Shown here in pieces: positions 39,562 through 49,808 of a DNA stretch of 64,000 nucleotides; positions within the stretch are counted from its first letter, which is position 1; each line of letters begins with the position of its first letter. A program made the translations under genes and the position numbers. The DNA lies in assembly GCA_000165345.1 (NCBI GenBank), contig CM000431.1, positions 992,001 to 1,056,000 on the forward strand. Reading direction: 5' to 3'. Under the pieces are notes generated by a model that searched no databases, was not told the origin of the DNA, and saw nothing but the letters and a program-made list of their open reading frames with translations.

Positions 39562-40121
39562 TACAAAGCTAGAAGTATCAGAATCATCACTTGAAGTATC
39601 TGTTGAGTTTTCAACAATTTTTGTTTCAATTGGTTTTTTGGCGATTTTAACTGATTTTGATTTCTAAAAATAATTAATTAGATAAATGAAACTGTATTAT
39701 ATAAAGATGATTGACTTACCGACATGGTGATAGTACACTAAAGTTTAAATATTAATATTATTTTTTTGTTTTAATCAATATTGTCAAGCCTGACACTATT
39801 TTTAGTCTTTTTTGACTTTATTTTTTTTTTTTTATCGGCCATTAAATATATTATCTCACCCTAAAGACAGTACGAGACGGATACATTGCCGGTATATTTT
39901 TTTTTTAAATTATTAAAATATTTTTGAAACCTTAAATATAAAATTTTAGATTTATGTAAATTTTGACATTTGGCGAACTTAATTTTAAATTAATGAACTT
40001 TTTATTATCAAAAAAAATTTTAAATTAAAGGACTATATATTCTAGTTTCTTACATATACTGTAATTAGCTTTAATATACTAGAAAGAAAATCATATAAGA
40101 ATACAATATTGGAATTGAAAA

Positions 40122-41114
40122 ATGAGTAAAATAAAGACAAATATTAAGGAGAAATCTGAAAAAAAGAAGGAAAAACGATCTAAGGAGGTTGAAAAAAACT
40201 CTAAAAAGAAAGTATCAGAAATTTTAAATGAGCCAGTAAATATTGAAAAGACTCTTGAAAAAAAGAAAAAATCCAAGTCAAAACAATTAGATGAAAATCA
40301 TGAAGAAAAAAATATTTGTAGTGACAAACAGGCTAAAGAAGAGGATCTGAAGGTGAAAAAAAAATCTAAAGGATCAAAAAAGGCGAAGAAAATTAAAAGC
40401 GGATGTTGGACAACTGATATGATAAATGAAAGCATTCAAAATTTGGAAAGTATGTTAAATGATGAATCTGGAAAATTATCAAAATCCAAAAAGCGAAGAA
40501 TAATAATGAGACTCTCAAAACTAAAAAAGGGTCTTAGAGGAGAAGTTGAAATTGGAGGACAAATCCAAAAAAGTATTAAAACAATTAAGAGGGAAATGAA
40601 ACAAAAAAGTATGAATTCAAGTATATCACTTAGGAAAAATTCAAATGTAGTTTGTTTATGTTGTAGAAAGAAAGGTCATCAGATGTCTGATTGTAGGTAT
40701 TATAAACAAACAAATGAAGAAGCTGAAAATGGAGATAATGAAATAAATAGTATTAGTGAAAGAAATGCATCAGGAAAAGAAGTATTTAAATGCTTTTTAT
40801 GCGGAGAATTAGGACATACTCTTAAAGACTGTAAAAAACCAAGAAACGATAACTCTGTATTACCATTTGCTAGCTGTTTTAGATGTGGGAAAACTGGACA
40901 TATAGTCGCTTTTTGTCCAAATAACGAAACAGGATCTATATATCCAAGAGGAGGAAGCTGTAATATATGTGGGTCAGTTAAACATCTAGCTAGAAACTGT
41001 GATCAACAAATATCAAAAACTAACAAAAACAAGAAATCTATTGAAGGTAAAAATAAAGAAAAGATGAATATTGGAATGGATGATCCAGATTTAATGTGGA
41101 ATGAAGCAATGTAA
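40122..41114 (+). CDS. CCHC zinc-knuckle protein (four CX2CX4HX4C knuckles) with a lysine-rich N-terminus; Air1/2- or CNBP-like
   Basis: CLCCRKKGHQMSDC, CFLCGELGHTLKDC, CFRCGKTGHIVAFC and CNICGSVKHLARNC at about 40650-41010. The N-terminal 100 aa are extremely K/E-rich, with nuclear or nucleolar targeting character. Confidence 0.7.
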   Translation: MSKIKTNIKEKSEKKKEKRSKEVEKNSKKKVSEILNEPVNIEKTLEKKKKSKSKQLDENHEEKNICSDKQAKEEDLKVKKKSKGSKKAKKIKSGCWTTDMINESIQNLESMLNDESGKLSKSKKRRIIMRLSKLKKGLRGEVEIGGQIQKSIKTIKREMKQKSMNSSISLRKNSNVVCLCCRKKGHQMSDCRYYKQTNEEAENGDNEINSISERNASGKEVFKCFLCGELGHTLKDCKKPRNDNSVLPFASCFRCGKTGHIVAFCPNNETGSIYPRGGSCNICGSVKHLARNCDQQISKTNKNKKSIEGKNKEKMNIGMDDPDLMWNEAM

Positions 41115-41267
41115 TGAATAAGTGAATTATTGCTTTAAGATATTAGAAGAAAGAATTGATTAAAATTAAATAACTTAGATACAATTTAATTAGATTCTAG
41201 AATGATTAATTAACTTAGTTAAATTCTATATATATAAAAATTCTTGCTGATTTTAATTTGATTTTGA

Positions 41268-44200
41268 TTAAAACTCTTGGGATAAAATATTTCGTGAGAT
41301 AGCAATTGGTAATTTGTATATACTTAGGTTATCTTGATTAAGCAAATCATCTGTGCTGTTAAGCATTGTAAAGCCTCTAGGGACGTACTTATCAATTCTG
41401 TAGGCTCTATTAGATGCTTTGGACTGTATTGCAATCATAATTTGAGGTGCTTTGTTTAAAAACTTAATAGATTTAATAAATCTATCATATGAAAAATTCT
41501 CCAAAGTATGGATAACTTTTTCAATCCATTGGAATGGAAAATCAGTACCTTCAATAAATGTAAAGAATAAATTTGAAAAAAGCTCAATTTTATTAGGAAG
41601 ATTTTTGAATTTATTAATACAGTCCCTCTTAACTTTGTAGAAGAAGCTCTTATCAATAATGAATGGTGTCTCGAAAATCTCTTTTATAAATACAATAAGA
41701 AACTCAGAAAGACTTACTATATCTTTCGAGTAAGATTCGACTTGGACGACTGAAAAAGTAAGAGTAGAGTAATAAGATGTAGAAAAGACTACAACTGAAT
41801 AGTTTTTGTTTGAAATCTTCTTTAAAAATTTACTAGCCAGATCTGACAGTATAATACTTAAGAGAGTTACTAATGAAATAGTGAAAGGTGTCTTTGTTCC
41901 TATAAATAAGGCCAATGATGAAATTGACTTTTCTTCATCAATACTCGAGTATTCAAATCTATAACTTTTCCAAAGTCTAATAGGAAGGGTAGTCAAATCC
42001 AAAACCTCATAACTGTTAAAGTAATTTTCTCCTGCATGATAAATAGGAACAAGCATATTCTTAATAGAGTATTCTTTAGATTCTTTCCTAAAAGCATTTT
42101 TAAGAAGCTCATGATCCACTATTTCTGCATTATACTCATTAACTGACAAAGAAATAATACCTGAAATTATGATATTTCTTCCAAGACAATCCAGAAATTC
42201 ATTAACAACTAATCCAGCTTCAAAAGGATCAATATTGTTCATAAATAAACCCTCAACTTGTCCTTGCTTTGCAAAAAATTCACTTAGCTCTATAATATCC
42301 CGATAACTTATGTATTTGAGCTCATTTAATCTATCAAAAGGAGATAATGACTGATTTTCTGTGACAGATCGTAAAATTGTCAAAGATTTTATGATTGACG
42401 GAGTAAAGTAAACATATTGATATAAATATCTATTTACATGTTTGAATGCATCCTCAAATTGTTCAAGTGTGAAATATTTGTTTGGATGACTAAGATGTTT
42501 TGCAAATATTCTCAAAAACTTAGGAAGAACATCATGGAATCCTTTTAGGTGGATTTCAAACCCATTTGGGAGACCATTATAAGTGTAATCGTTGAAACTT
42601 GAAATCTTAAATTCATTCCTCGCAATTCTAAAGTCATATATTTCATCCTCAAGAGAATTATTTAATAAAACACAAAGGATTTCAATTGCCACTACTAGTC
42701 TTGGTAGTACTTTTAGTACTTTTGGATGTCTTCCTATTTTTGAATTGATATTTGGGGTTAGAATCCTGATTAAAATTGAAACCTCGGGGTAGGATTGTTT
42801 AACTGAATTCTTATAATAGAAGTAGACTATGTTCGAGTAAAAGTCAAAACGCTTAATATTCGCTTCATTTGATTCTTGTTCTATATTCTCACCAACAATA
42901 TTCTTAAGCATATCATTGCTATGCGTAGTCTCAATATCGGTCAAATTTTGGTAAATGCTTTTTGCAAGCTCTGAATTATTGTAGAGCTTATTTATTAATG
43001 CTCCTTTCTGATTTAAATCTGAATAATGACTTGCATCACTTTCATACCAAAAATTATATTTATTAATAATATCATTTTCCATAGAATTGAAACTTCTTAT
43101 GTTTTTATTCATGAATCTTTTAATACTCAGTATTAAAGGTTGAGGAACTATTTTTGTATCTTCATCACTTGGTCTTAAAGATAAGTCAAAAGGAGTGTAT
43201 GGGTTAAGAGTAGAAATATCCAAATTATAAGTACTTTTAATTGCAGAAAGTGATAAATTGTAGATATCTTCAAAGAATTCGCTGGGAAATCGATTAACAC
43301 AATAATCTGTGAGTAGATTCTTTGATTTGTAAACCATGTTACATTCAACAAAAGAATTTTCCTTGTTAATTTCATCAGACTCTTGATCAGAGTTTCCTTT
43401 GCCTATATCTTTTTTAATACTAGTATCTTCAGTCTGGAGTTCCTTCTGGAAAATAAATGTTAAAATTTTTATCAAGTATTGCTTAATTGTATTGTAAACC
43501 CATAGAATAATTTGAGTTACATCTCTTTTATTATTTTTAGGAGATTCAATACCAGCTGGGGTAACATTAGAGTTTAGTACATTAAATCCTCTAGAATAAA
43601 AGCTTGATCTAAATACTTTATGGCTACCTGTAATTTTTTTAATTAATAATACAGGTGTAAAAAAGAATATAGAAACTTGATCAATTTTTATTGAGCTAAT
43701 AAAAGCTTTAATAAATGAAATATCAACAATTTCCATAACTTCATCTGCATATATAATTTCCTGAGGTTTAATTCTGTATTTGCTAGCTTTGTAAACTATA
43801 TTATATGCAAGGTCTCTAGTAAATTCGGTCTCTCTATAATTGAAAATAATATCTGCTACATTTTTCGCCTCTTCTACAATTCTTTCTGATACTGGCAATT
43901 CAATGATATACTTTACTGCTGATATGACTGCTTTAACTAAATTCCACGAATGTCTTAATTGACTATTGTAGAGATCTATTGATATATCCAATGTTGAAAA
44001 CCCTTCATAATTTACTACTCCTACCTTAATTGGGTTAGAAATTCCAATAGACTTTAAGTATTTGCGTAATATTCCCTTATAATTTCCATCTAAAAGATAT
44101 TTAATATACATAGTAGGGATCCTTTTCCAATTAACAACTTGTATTTCAATTGGAAATCGGAGGTTGATTGTGTTAATCCCAGTTTTTTTAAATCTCCGTA

Positions 44201-45137
44201 TAGTCACAATGTTCTTTGAGATTCTAATGAAAGGGTTTACAATATATTTATAGCTATCATCAATTCTCACTATATTAAAACCGTTACTTTTAATATGAGC
44301 AAAGTTTTGAATTACATATTTTTCCAATTTGTCAAGAGGTTCTCTTCCAACTATAGCAAGTTTCATGTTATTAGGTGAATAGAATTTTGAGAAATAGTGA
44401 CGAACTTTTTCATAGATCTCTCCTTCTGATAGATGTGGGTTATTTAATAGAGTATTTTTATTTCCATAATAGAATGTGTCAAATTTAGCATTTAAGCCAA
44501 TTATTTCTCTTTCTATTTCTCTTTTTGCCCAGAACTCATTTCTTTTCATTCTATTTAACTGGCTAAATATTGTTAGCATTGCTTTGTTAATAGTATCATT
44601 ATTCAACAAAGGACTATGGAAATAGCTACTAAATCTGAATATGCTTTCACTAAGGTATTCAGTGCCTATTGTAAATGAATATACTGTAGATTTTTCATGA
44701 AGGTCCAAATACATTCTTCCATTCAACAGCTTTATAAAGTTATGGAACTCATTTATATTTGGATATTGATAAGAAGCCAGCAAAAGGCTATATTGTACTA
44801 AATTTGACAATCCAATAATTTTTGGAGGGTCGTAAAGAAACCCGACATCAACTAAAATTGCAACTTCAGACTTTTCTGCATCTTCTTTGCTTACTAAAAA
44901 AGCCTTCAAACCATTTTTCAATTTAATATAGCGATATTTTGCTTTATCAACTCTGGATTTTATAAATTTATCGTCATCAATAACTGATTTAATGTGTGGG
45001 CTCTTAGAATCGTAATTATGAGCCTGGCTTGAAAATGAAAAGCTTTTCACACAGTTTTCAGAATTATAGTAATTAAAGTTTAATGACAATAAATAAACCA
45101 ATCCAAAAAGAAATAGAAACTTCAAACTAATGAACAT
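41268..45137 (-). CDS. insulinase-like (peptidase M16A, insulysin/IDE-like) secreted protein, paralogue 1 of a tandem array; catalytic HxxEH motif lost (NLVQY)
   Basis: Signal peptide MFISLKFLFLFGLVYLLSL. YRYIKLKNGLKAFLVSKEDAEKSEVAILVDVGFLYDPPKIIGLSNLVQYSLLLAS aligns with IDE [55 protein letters not shown]. The C-terminal VPRGF motif is shared with the other paralogues. Confidence 0.8.
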   Translation of the reverse strand: MFISLKFLFLFGLVYLLSLNFNYYNSENCVKSFSFSSQAHNYDSKSPHIKSVIDDDKFIKSRVDKAKYRYIKLKNGLKAFLVSKEDAEKSEVAILVDVGFLYDPPKIIGLSNLVQYSLLLASYQYPNINEFHNFIKLLNGRMYLDLHEKSTVYSFTIGTEYLSESIFRFSSYFHSPLLNNDTINKAMLTIFSQLNRMKRNEFWAKREIEREIIGLNAKFDTFYYGNKNTLLNNPHLSEGEIYEKVRHYFSKFYSPNNMKLAIVGREPLDKLEKYVIQNFAHIKSNGFNIVRIDDSYKYIVNPFIRISKNIVTIRRFKKTGINTINLRFPIEIQVVNWKRIPTMYIKYLLDGNYKGILRKYLKSIGISNPIKVGVVNYEGFSTLDISIDLYNSQLRHSWNLVKAVISAVKYIIELPVSERIVEEAKNVADIIFNYRETEFTRDLAYNIVYKASKYRIKPQEIIYADEVMEIVDISFIKAFISSIKIDQVSIFFFTPVLLIKKITGSHKVFRSSFYSRGFNVLNSNVTPAGIESPKNNKRDVTQIILWVYNTIKQYLIKILTFIFQKELQTEDTSIKKDIGKGNSDQESDEINKENSFVECNMVYKSKNLLTDYCVNRFPSEFFEDIYNLSLSAIKSTYNLDISTLNPYTPFDLSLRPSDEDTKIVPQPLILSIKRFMNKNIRSFNSMENDIINKYNFWYESDASHYSDLNQKGALINKLYNNSELAKSIYQNLTDIETTHSNDMLKNIVGENIEQESNEANIKRFDFYSNIVYFYYKNSVKQSYPEVSILIRILTPNINSKIGRHPKVLKVLPRLVVAIEILCVLLNNSLEDEIYDFRIARNEFKISSFNDYTYNGLPNGFEIHLKGFHDVLPKFLRIFAKHLSHPNKYFTLEQFEDAFKHVNRYLYQYVYFTPSIIKSLTILRSVTENQSLSPFDRLNELKYISYRDIIELSEFFAKQGQVEGLFMNNIDPFEAGLVVNEFLDCLGRNIIISGIISLSVNEYNAEIVDHELLKNAFRKESKEYSIKNMLVPIYHAGENYFNSYEVLDLTTLPIRLWKSYRFEYSSIDEEKSISSLALFIGTKTPFTISLVTLLSIILSDLASKFLKKISNKNYSVVVFSTSYYSTLTFSVVQVESYSKDIVSLSEFLIVFIKEIFETPFIIDKSFFYKVKRDCINKFKNLPNKIELFSNLFFTFIEGTDFPFQWIEKVIHTLENFSYDRFIKSIKFLNKAPQIMIAIQSKASNRAYRIDKYVPRGFTMLNSTDDLLNQDNLSIYKLPIAISRNILSQEF

Positions 45138-45488
45138 TTTATTTCTTTATTTTTCATTGATTTATATGGGTTCATGCACCCTTTTTTCCCACAGTTTTTT
45201 TTTCCTTCACACGTGATAATTTTTTTAAAAATTATACGGTACCGGTAAATATATAAATGCCGGTATCGTGATTATAAGAAAAAATGTCAAATTTAATAAT
45301 TTCATATATGAGAAAAAGTTATTGAGAGAAATTCAACAGGCATAAACAAATTTTTTCAAAAGTAATTATAAATAAATATTTTGAGCTTTACTCTAGCGAA
45401 AACCTAAATTCGCAAATTTAAGTACTTGATATCTCTACCAGTCGTGCTAGATATATTAAAGTAGTGATAAGCGTCGTTCATTAGTATT

Positions 45489-48400
45489 TTATGCATCAAT
45501 CAATCTAATAGGGATCCTAATAAACTTGCAAACACCAGAACTAGTTACCTGGTCTAAGTCTTTAATACTAACAAATCCTGAGGGAATATAATTTTGTAGC
45601 TCTTCCCATTTCAAATTTTCTAAATCTTGTTGAGTTGCAATCAAGAACTTTTGCGAACTTAGAATTAAATTAAATGTATCAATAAATGTTTGAAAATCCA
45701 ATTTTTTCAAAGATGGCTTTATCTCTCGTAAAACATTAAATATGCTTATCCTGGAAGTTATTTTAAATAATAGTCTTGATTCGTAAGACCCAAGCTCAGA
45801 CCCTAAATCTTCATTCAAAAGTATTTTATTCTTTGCTTGGTCAAATATCTCTTTTCGAATATTTGTAATAAAAGTGATAAGATTATAAAAAATATCTAAA
45901 ACCTTTTCAGAGAGGACTGAAACATTGTCTAGCCCTGATAATTTAATAGCCAGTCCAATATGTAAAGCTTCATTAACATTTGGGAAAAATTCAATTTCTG
46001 CTCCAGATAAAGAAAGCTTTTCATTGAAAATGGTAAAAATATATTCAAATACGATTTGGAATGCAACTGATTGTGAATTAAAGTATGAAAATGGAACATA
46101 TAATAGTGAATTTGAGTTCAAAGAATTATTTAAGCTTATTTTATTTAAATAATAATAGTTTGTGGTAATTCGACAACAAAGAGGATCAATAACTTTCCAA
46201 GTTTGAATGGAGCTTTTAATGGGGCTAAGTTTCGAAGAAACTTGATTGTTCTTGCCACTTTTATTACGTATTCCTGACGTGAATTGATTCAATATTGTAT
46301 AAGCCTGAACTGGATTTGCGTTTCCAAGCAATGCGCCTTCCAATGATCCATTATTACATAATAGTAAGGACAGTTCCAAAATTTGTTCAAGAGTAATTGA
46401 ACTGTAATCGCTTTCCAAAGATAAAATCGATGTTTTCTGCTCTTCAAAAATTGATTTCAAGAATAACCGAGATACTTCGCTCAAACTTCGATGAATATTC
46501 TCAGATTTGACTTTGTTTTGAATAGCTTGTTTAATCTCTTCAAACTTTTCCTGAGAAATGATTCTGTTCAAATGAAGGATTTTTTTAGATAATGATCTAA
46601 TAGCTAAAAAAATTGAACCTAAGAATCCTTTGATTTTGATTTCAACTCCAAAAGGAACTCCACCAAGTTCTGATTTCAGGATACTTGAAATCAAAAAGAC
46701 TCCTTCAATGCTTTGCATTTGATTAATTATATCTCCAGCTGAATAATTAATACAAGCAACTAAAACTTCAAGTGATAAAATTAGATCTTTGATGGATTTA
46801 GTATGTACCAAATCAATAATAGGTCTGTTTAAAACACTTTTATTGTTTTCAAGCTTTTTTGGTTCTGGAAGCATTATTCTAAGGAAGAATGTTGCAGAAG
46901 GAGCCTGGTAATTTATGTTATTGAAAAAAATAAAGCTGCTATATACTGGATAATTAATATTGTCTTTAATCTTTTTATGAAGACTTTTAAACTTTGGTGA
47001 ACTTTCTGTTGATAAGTAATCTAAAACTGCATTTTTTAGAATTGTAGGTGTGTATATTCGATAGCTTGCACTGCTTGAAAAATTTAGTAAGGGAGTGTTA
47101 CCCAGAAGTTTGTTTCTTTTCCTGATTCTGAACTCAATAGACTTTGCACGAATCTGGCTAACTGCAGAATTTACTTGGGTGAAAAATTCGGCAGAGATCT
47201 TTTCTACAATGTACTTATTATTGAATATTGGGCAAGTTCTAAACTCAATATCCTTGTCTTTAGAACTGATCAATTTTGAACTTGGATTGGTCTCAATCCT
47301 CTTCTCTTGTTCCTGTGCCTGTTCTTGTTTCTGTACCTGTACCTGTTCTTGTTCTTGCTCCTGTCCCTGTTCCCGTTCCTGTTCTTGTTCCTGTTCCTGC
47401 TCTTGATCCTGCATAAAATTAAGTTCATGTTCTTGTTTTAAATATGAATCTTTCTCAATTTGAGAATCATCGTTATCCTGGCCTTTGCTTGCCAATAAGG
47501 GATTATTATTCCTATTCGGAATTATAGGGTTATTATTTATAGGAGTATTTACATTCAATTCTGGAATAATACCCTGGTCTTTATTCAATATACCAAAATT
47601 ACCTTTATGAAAATCCGTGAGTTTTACAAAAACGAGCAAATTTTCTATAGAAATTTTATTCAAAAATGCAGAAATCTCTTCAAAGCTTGAATCCCTTATA
47701 AGATTTCCAGCAATAAGAACCTCCTCGGGAGAGCATCCCTTAATATCAAAAGAATCAATAATCTGTTTAGATATCTGCCTTGGAGAAACATCAAAATAGT
47801 AATCGAACTTGTATTTGAGTATCTGCTTGATCTCAGCAAGAATCTCTTGATTTACGGGAGAAGATTTAATATGTTCTAAAGCAATAAAAGTTGTCTGAAT
47901 AATTGATTTAATCTTATCAATTCCTTTAGACGTAAGTAAAAACCTGATTTCAAAACTTGAAAATGAGTACCTGTGAGAATTGGTTACTGCATCCATCTTT
48001 GAGATCCATCCTTTTTTTATAAGAAAATTGCTCAAACTCTTCTCAGAATTATCTTTGAGTAAATATTCTAAATAGGAACTTGGAGAAGAATCCCAAAGAA
48101 CTTCCTGATAATCTATGGGAAACTCGAGAATTAGCTCATTAATAGAATGAGCTTTAACATAAATAGCGTTTCCAACTACTCCAAGGTGAGGATGGCGAAC
48201 TATTTTTGCTAAGTCAAATGGAAGTGGATTGGAAATATTCAAATTCTTAACCAAAGAAAAGTTTAAAACTACTTCATTTGACAATTTAGCTATAGTATGC
48301 TTACTGGCTACGACTAGAGTCATAATACTAGAGCTGTACTGTTGATAATAGAAATTCTTTACTTGTTCAAGTAAGTTAATCTCTGAAATCTCTCTAGCTT

Positions 48401-49094
48401 CTTTAATTGATTTATCAGTAAGAACATTTAATCTCTTAAATATATGGTCATCCAAAGAAATGTCTCTTATAACACATTGAAACAAAAACTCACTATTATT
48501 CAGTAAGCTCTCAAATGTACCAGAATATTCTTTAGTCTTGGCAAAAAATAATTTCTCAGGAAATGAAGGATTCCTAATCATGTCGCTCAATCTGTCCAAA
48601 ACTGTTGAAATATATTGACTTCCAACCTTTATAGTAAATACTGAATTTCTCTCATAAACTTCCATGTCTATTTCTCCATTAATTGAAATAATAAAGTTAC
48701 AAAAATTGGAATGATCGAAAAACCGATAGGTTCCTAAACAAAGTGATTCTTGTACCAAACTTACAAGACCTGGAAGATCCTCAGGGTCCATAACAGATCC
48801 AACTCCAACAGAGAGAGTAATTATTGAATATTCAAAGTTATTATTTGATACAAGAAACACTGACATCTGATTCTGAAGTTTCATGAATTTATATGTAGAA
48901 CCATCTATCTTTGATTTTATAAATGATGAGCTCTCTACCTCGCTTACTGTCCTCCCTAGTTTTGTTATTATAGGCTTCGCCAAACATGAGCTAAACCTTG
49001 AGATAACATCAAGTTTTTTTCCATTCTTAAATTTCTTCGCCGAAAATGCTAACACAATTTGAGTAAACAACCAAAAAATATGCAATAGCCTCAT
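45489..49094 (-). CDS. insulinase-like (M16A) secreted protein, paralogue 2; HxxEH replaced by SLVQE; contains an internal (QE)n low-complexity insert
   Basis: Signal peptide MRLLHIFWLFTQIVLAFSA. YKFMKLQNQMSVFLVSNNNFEYSIITLSVGVGSVMDPEDLPGLVSLVQESLCLGT corresponds to the M16 active-site region without the His residues. The C-terminus has IPSGF. Confidence 0.8.
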   Translation of the reverse strand: MRLLHIFWLFTQIVLAFSAKKFKNGKKLDVISRFSSCLAKPIITKLGRTVSEVESSSFIKSKIDGSTYKFMKLQNQMSVFLVSNNNFEYSIITLSVGVGSVMDPEDLPGLVSLVQESLCLGTYRFFDHSNFCNFIISINGEIDMEVYERNSVFTIKVGSQYISTVLDRLSDMIRNPSFPEKLFFAKTKEYSGTFESLLNNSEFLFQCVIRDISLDDHIFKRLNVLTDKSIKEAREISEINLLEQVKNFYYQQYSSSIMTLVVASKHTIAKLSNEVVLNFSLVKNLNISNPLPFDLAKIVRHPHLGVVGNAIYVKAHSINELILEFPIDYQEVLWDSSPSSYLEYLLKDNSEKSLSNFLIKKGWISKMDAVTNSHRYSFSSFEIRFLLTSKGIDKIKSIIQTTFIALEHIKSSPVNQEILAEIKQILKYKFDYYFDVSPRQISKQIIDSFDIKGCSPEEVLIAGNLIRDSSFEEISAFLNKISIENLLVFVKLTDFHKGNFGILNKDQGIIPELNVNTPINNNPIIPNRNNNPLLASKGQDNDDSQIEKDSYLKQEHELNFMQDQEQEQEQEQEREQGQEQEQEQVQVQKQEQAQEQEKRIETNPSSKLISSKDKDIEFRTCPIFNNKYIVEKISAEFFTQVNSAVSQIRAKSIEFRIRKRNKLLGNTPLLNFSSSASYRIYTPTILKNAVLDYLSTESSPKFKSLHKKIKDNINYPVYSSFIFFNNINYQAPSATFFLRIMLPEPKKLENNKSVLNRPIIDLVHTKSIKDLILSLEVLVACINYSAGDIINQMQSIEGVFLISSILKSELGGVPFGVEIKIKGFLGSIFLAIRSLSKKILHLNRIISQEKFEEIKQAIQNKVKSENIHRSLSEVSRLFLKSIFEEQKTSILSLESDYSSITLEQILELSLLLCNNGSLEGALLGNANPVQAYTILNQFTSGIRNKSGKNNQVSSKLSPIKSSIQTWKVIDPLCCRITTNYYYLNKISLNNSLNSNSLLYVPFSYFNSQSVAFQIVFEYIFTIFNEKLSLSGAEIEFFPNVNEALHIGLAIKLSGLDNVSVLSEKVLDIFYNLITFITNIRKEIFDQAKNKILLNEDLGSELGSYESRLLFKITSRISIFNVLREIKPSLKKLDFQTFIDTFNLILSSQKFLIATQQDLENLKWEELQNYIPSGFVSIKDLDQVTSSGVCKFIRIPIRLIDA
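47286..47412 (-). repeat. imperfect hexanucleotide (CTGTTC/CTGTWC)n coding repeat giving QEQEQEQEQEREQGQEQEQEQVQVQKQEQAQEQEK
   Basis: Directly visible tandem 6-mer repeats on the plus strand. They lie in frame inside paralogue 2. Confidence 0.85.
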
Positions 49095-49808
49095 TCTTAT
49101 TAGTAATAAACTGTTGTAAAGCTGGCTGTTCTTATACTATTTTAATCTACCTGTAAATTTATTCCAACTTTCATTACCCTTCTGCAAAAAATTTTTTACA
49201 GAATTACCAACCCTAATTGTAAATTTAAATTACTGGTATCGAAAATCTGGCGGGCTTTGCCTGACTAATTTTAGTTTGAAAATATGCAAAGAAATTTGCA
49301 AAGATTAACTTCAAATGTATTCAGTGAACAAAACTATATTTTGTCTCCATTGATTTTAGCTTCTTAAGCTTTATTTTTATTTACCTGTCGTTGGAACTAT
49401 TTATTAATTTTCTCCGTATGAGTAAATGATTCTACTTGTTCTAAATGCATTCATGCAAAATTCTAAATTAGATCAAAATCCAACTAATAAATATATAACT
49501 ACTATTTTCATATTGCTATGTATTTTTAACTATATTCAAATCTATTTTCTCAATGCTTGTAAGAATATACTCCATCTATATTAATCATTTAAACCCTTTA
49601 AATAAATAAAACTAATGTATAGAAATACATTTCAAAATTAGCAATTTTAAAGTAACTTAATAAATGGAAAAAAGACATTAAATTCATAGAGCTAATCTAC
49701 CTATGTTTATTGTTACAAAATAGTGTAATAAAACATTGCATCATTATACTATTTTGTAGCTATGTGATAGTTTTTGAATAACAAATAAATAAATATTCCA
49801 AATCACAT

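Noticed and set aside
38138-39667. 509-aa ORF on the plus strand (FFFGCSSSEDEE repeats)
   Set aside because: It is the mirror image of the minus-strand nucleolin-like repeat array. Its periodicity is inherited from the real gene, its composition is implausible, and it has no start context. The minus-strand reading gives a coherent RRM plus GAR protein.
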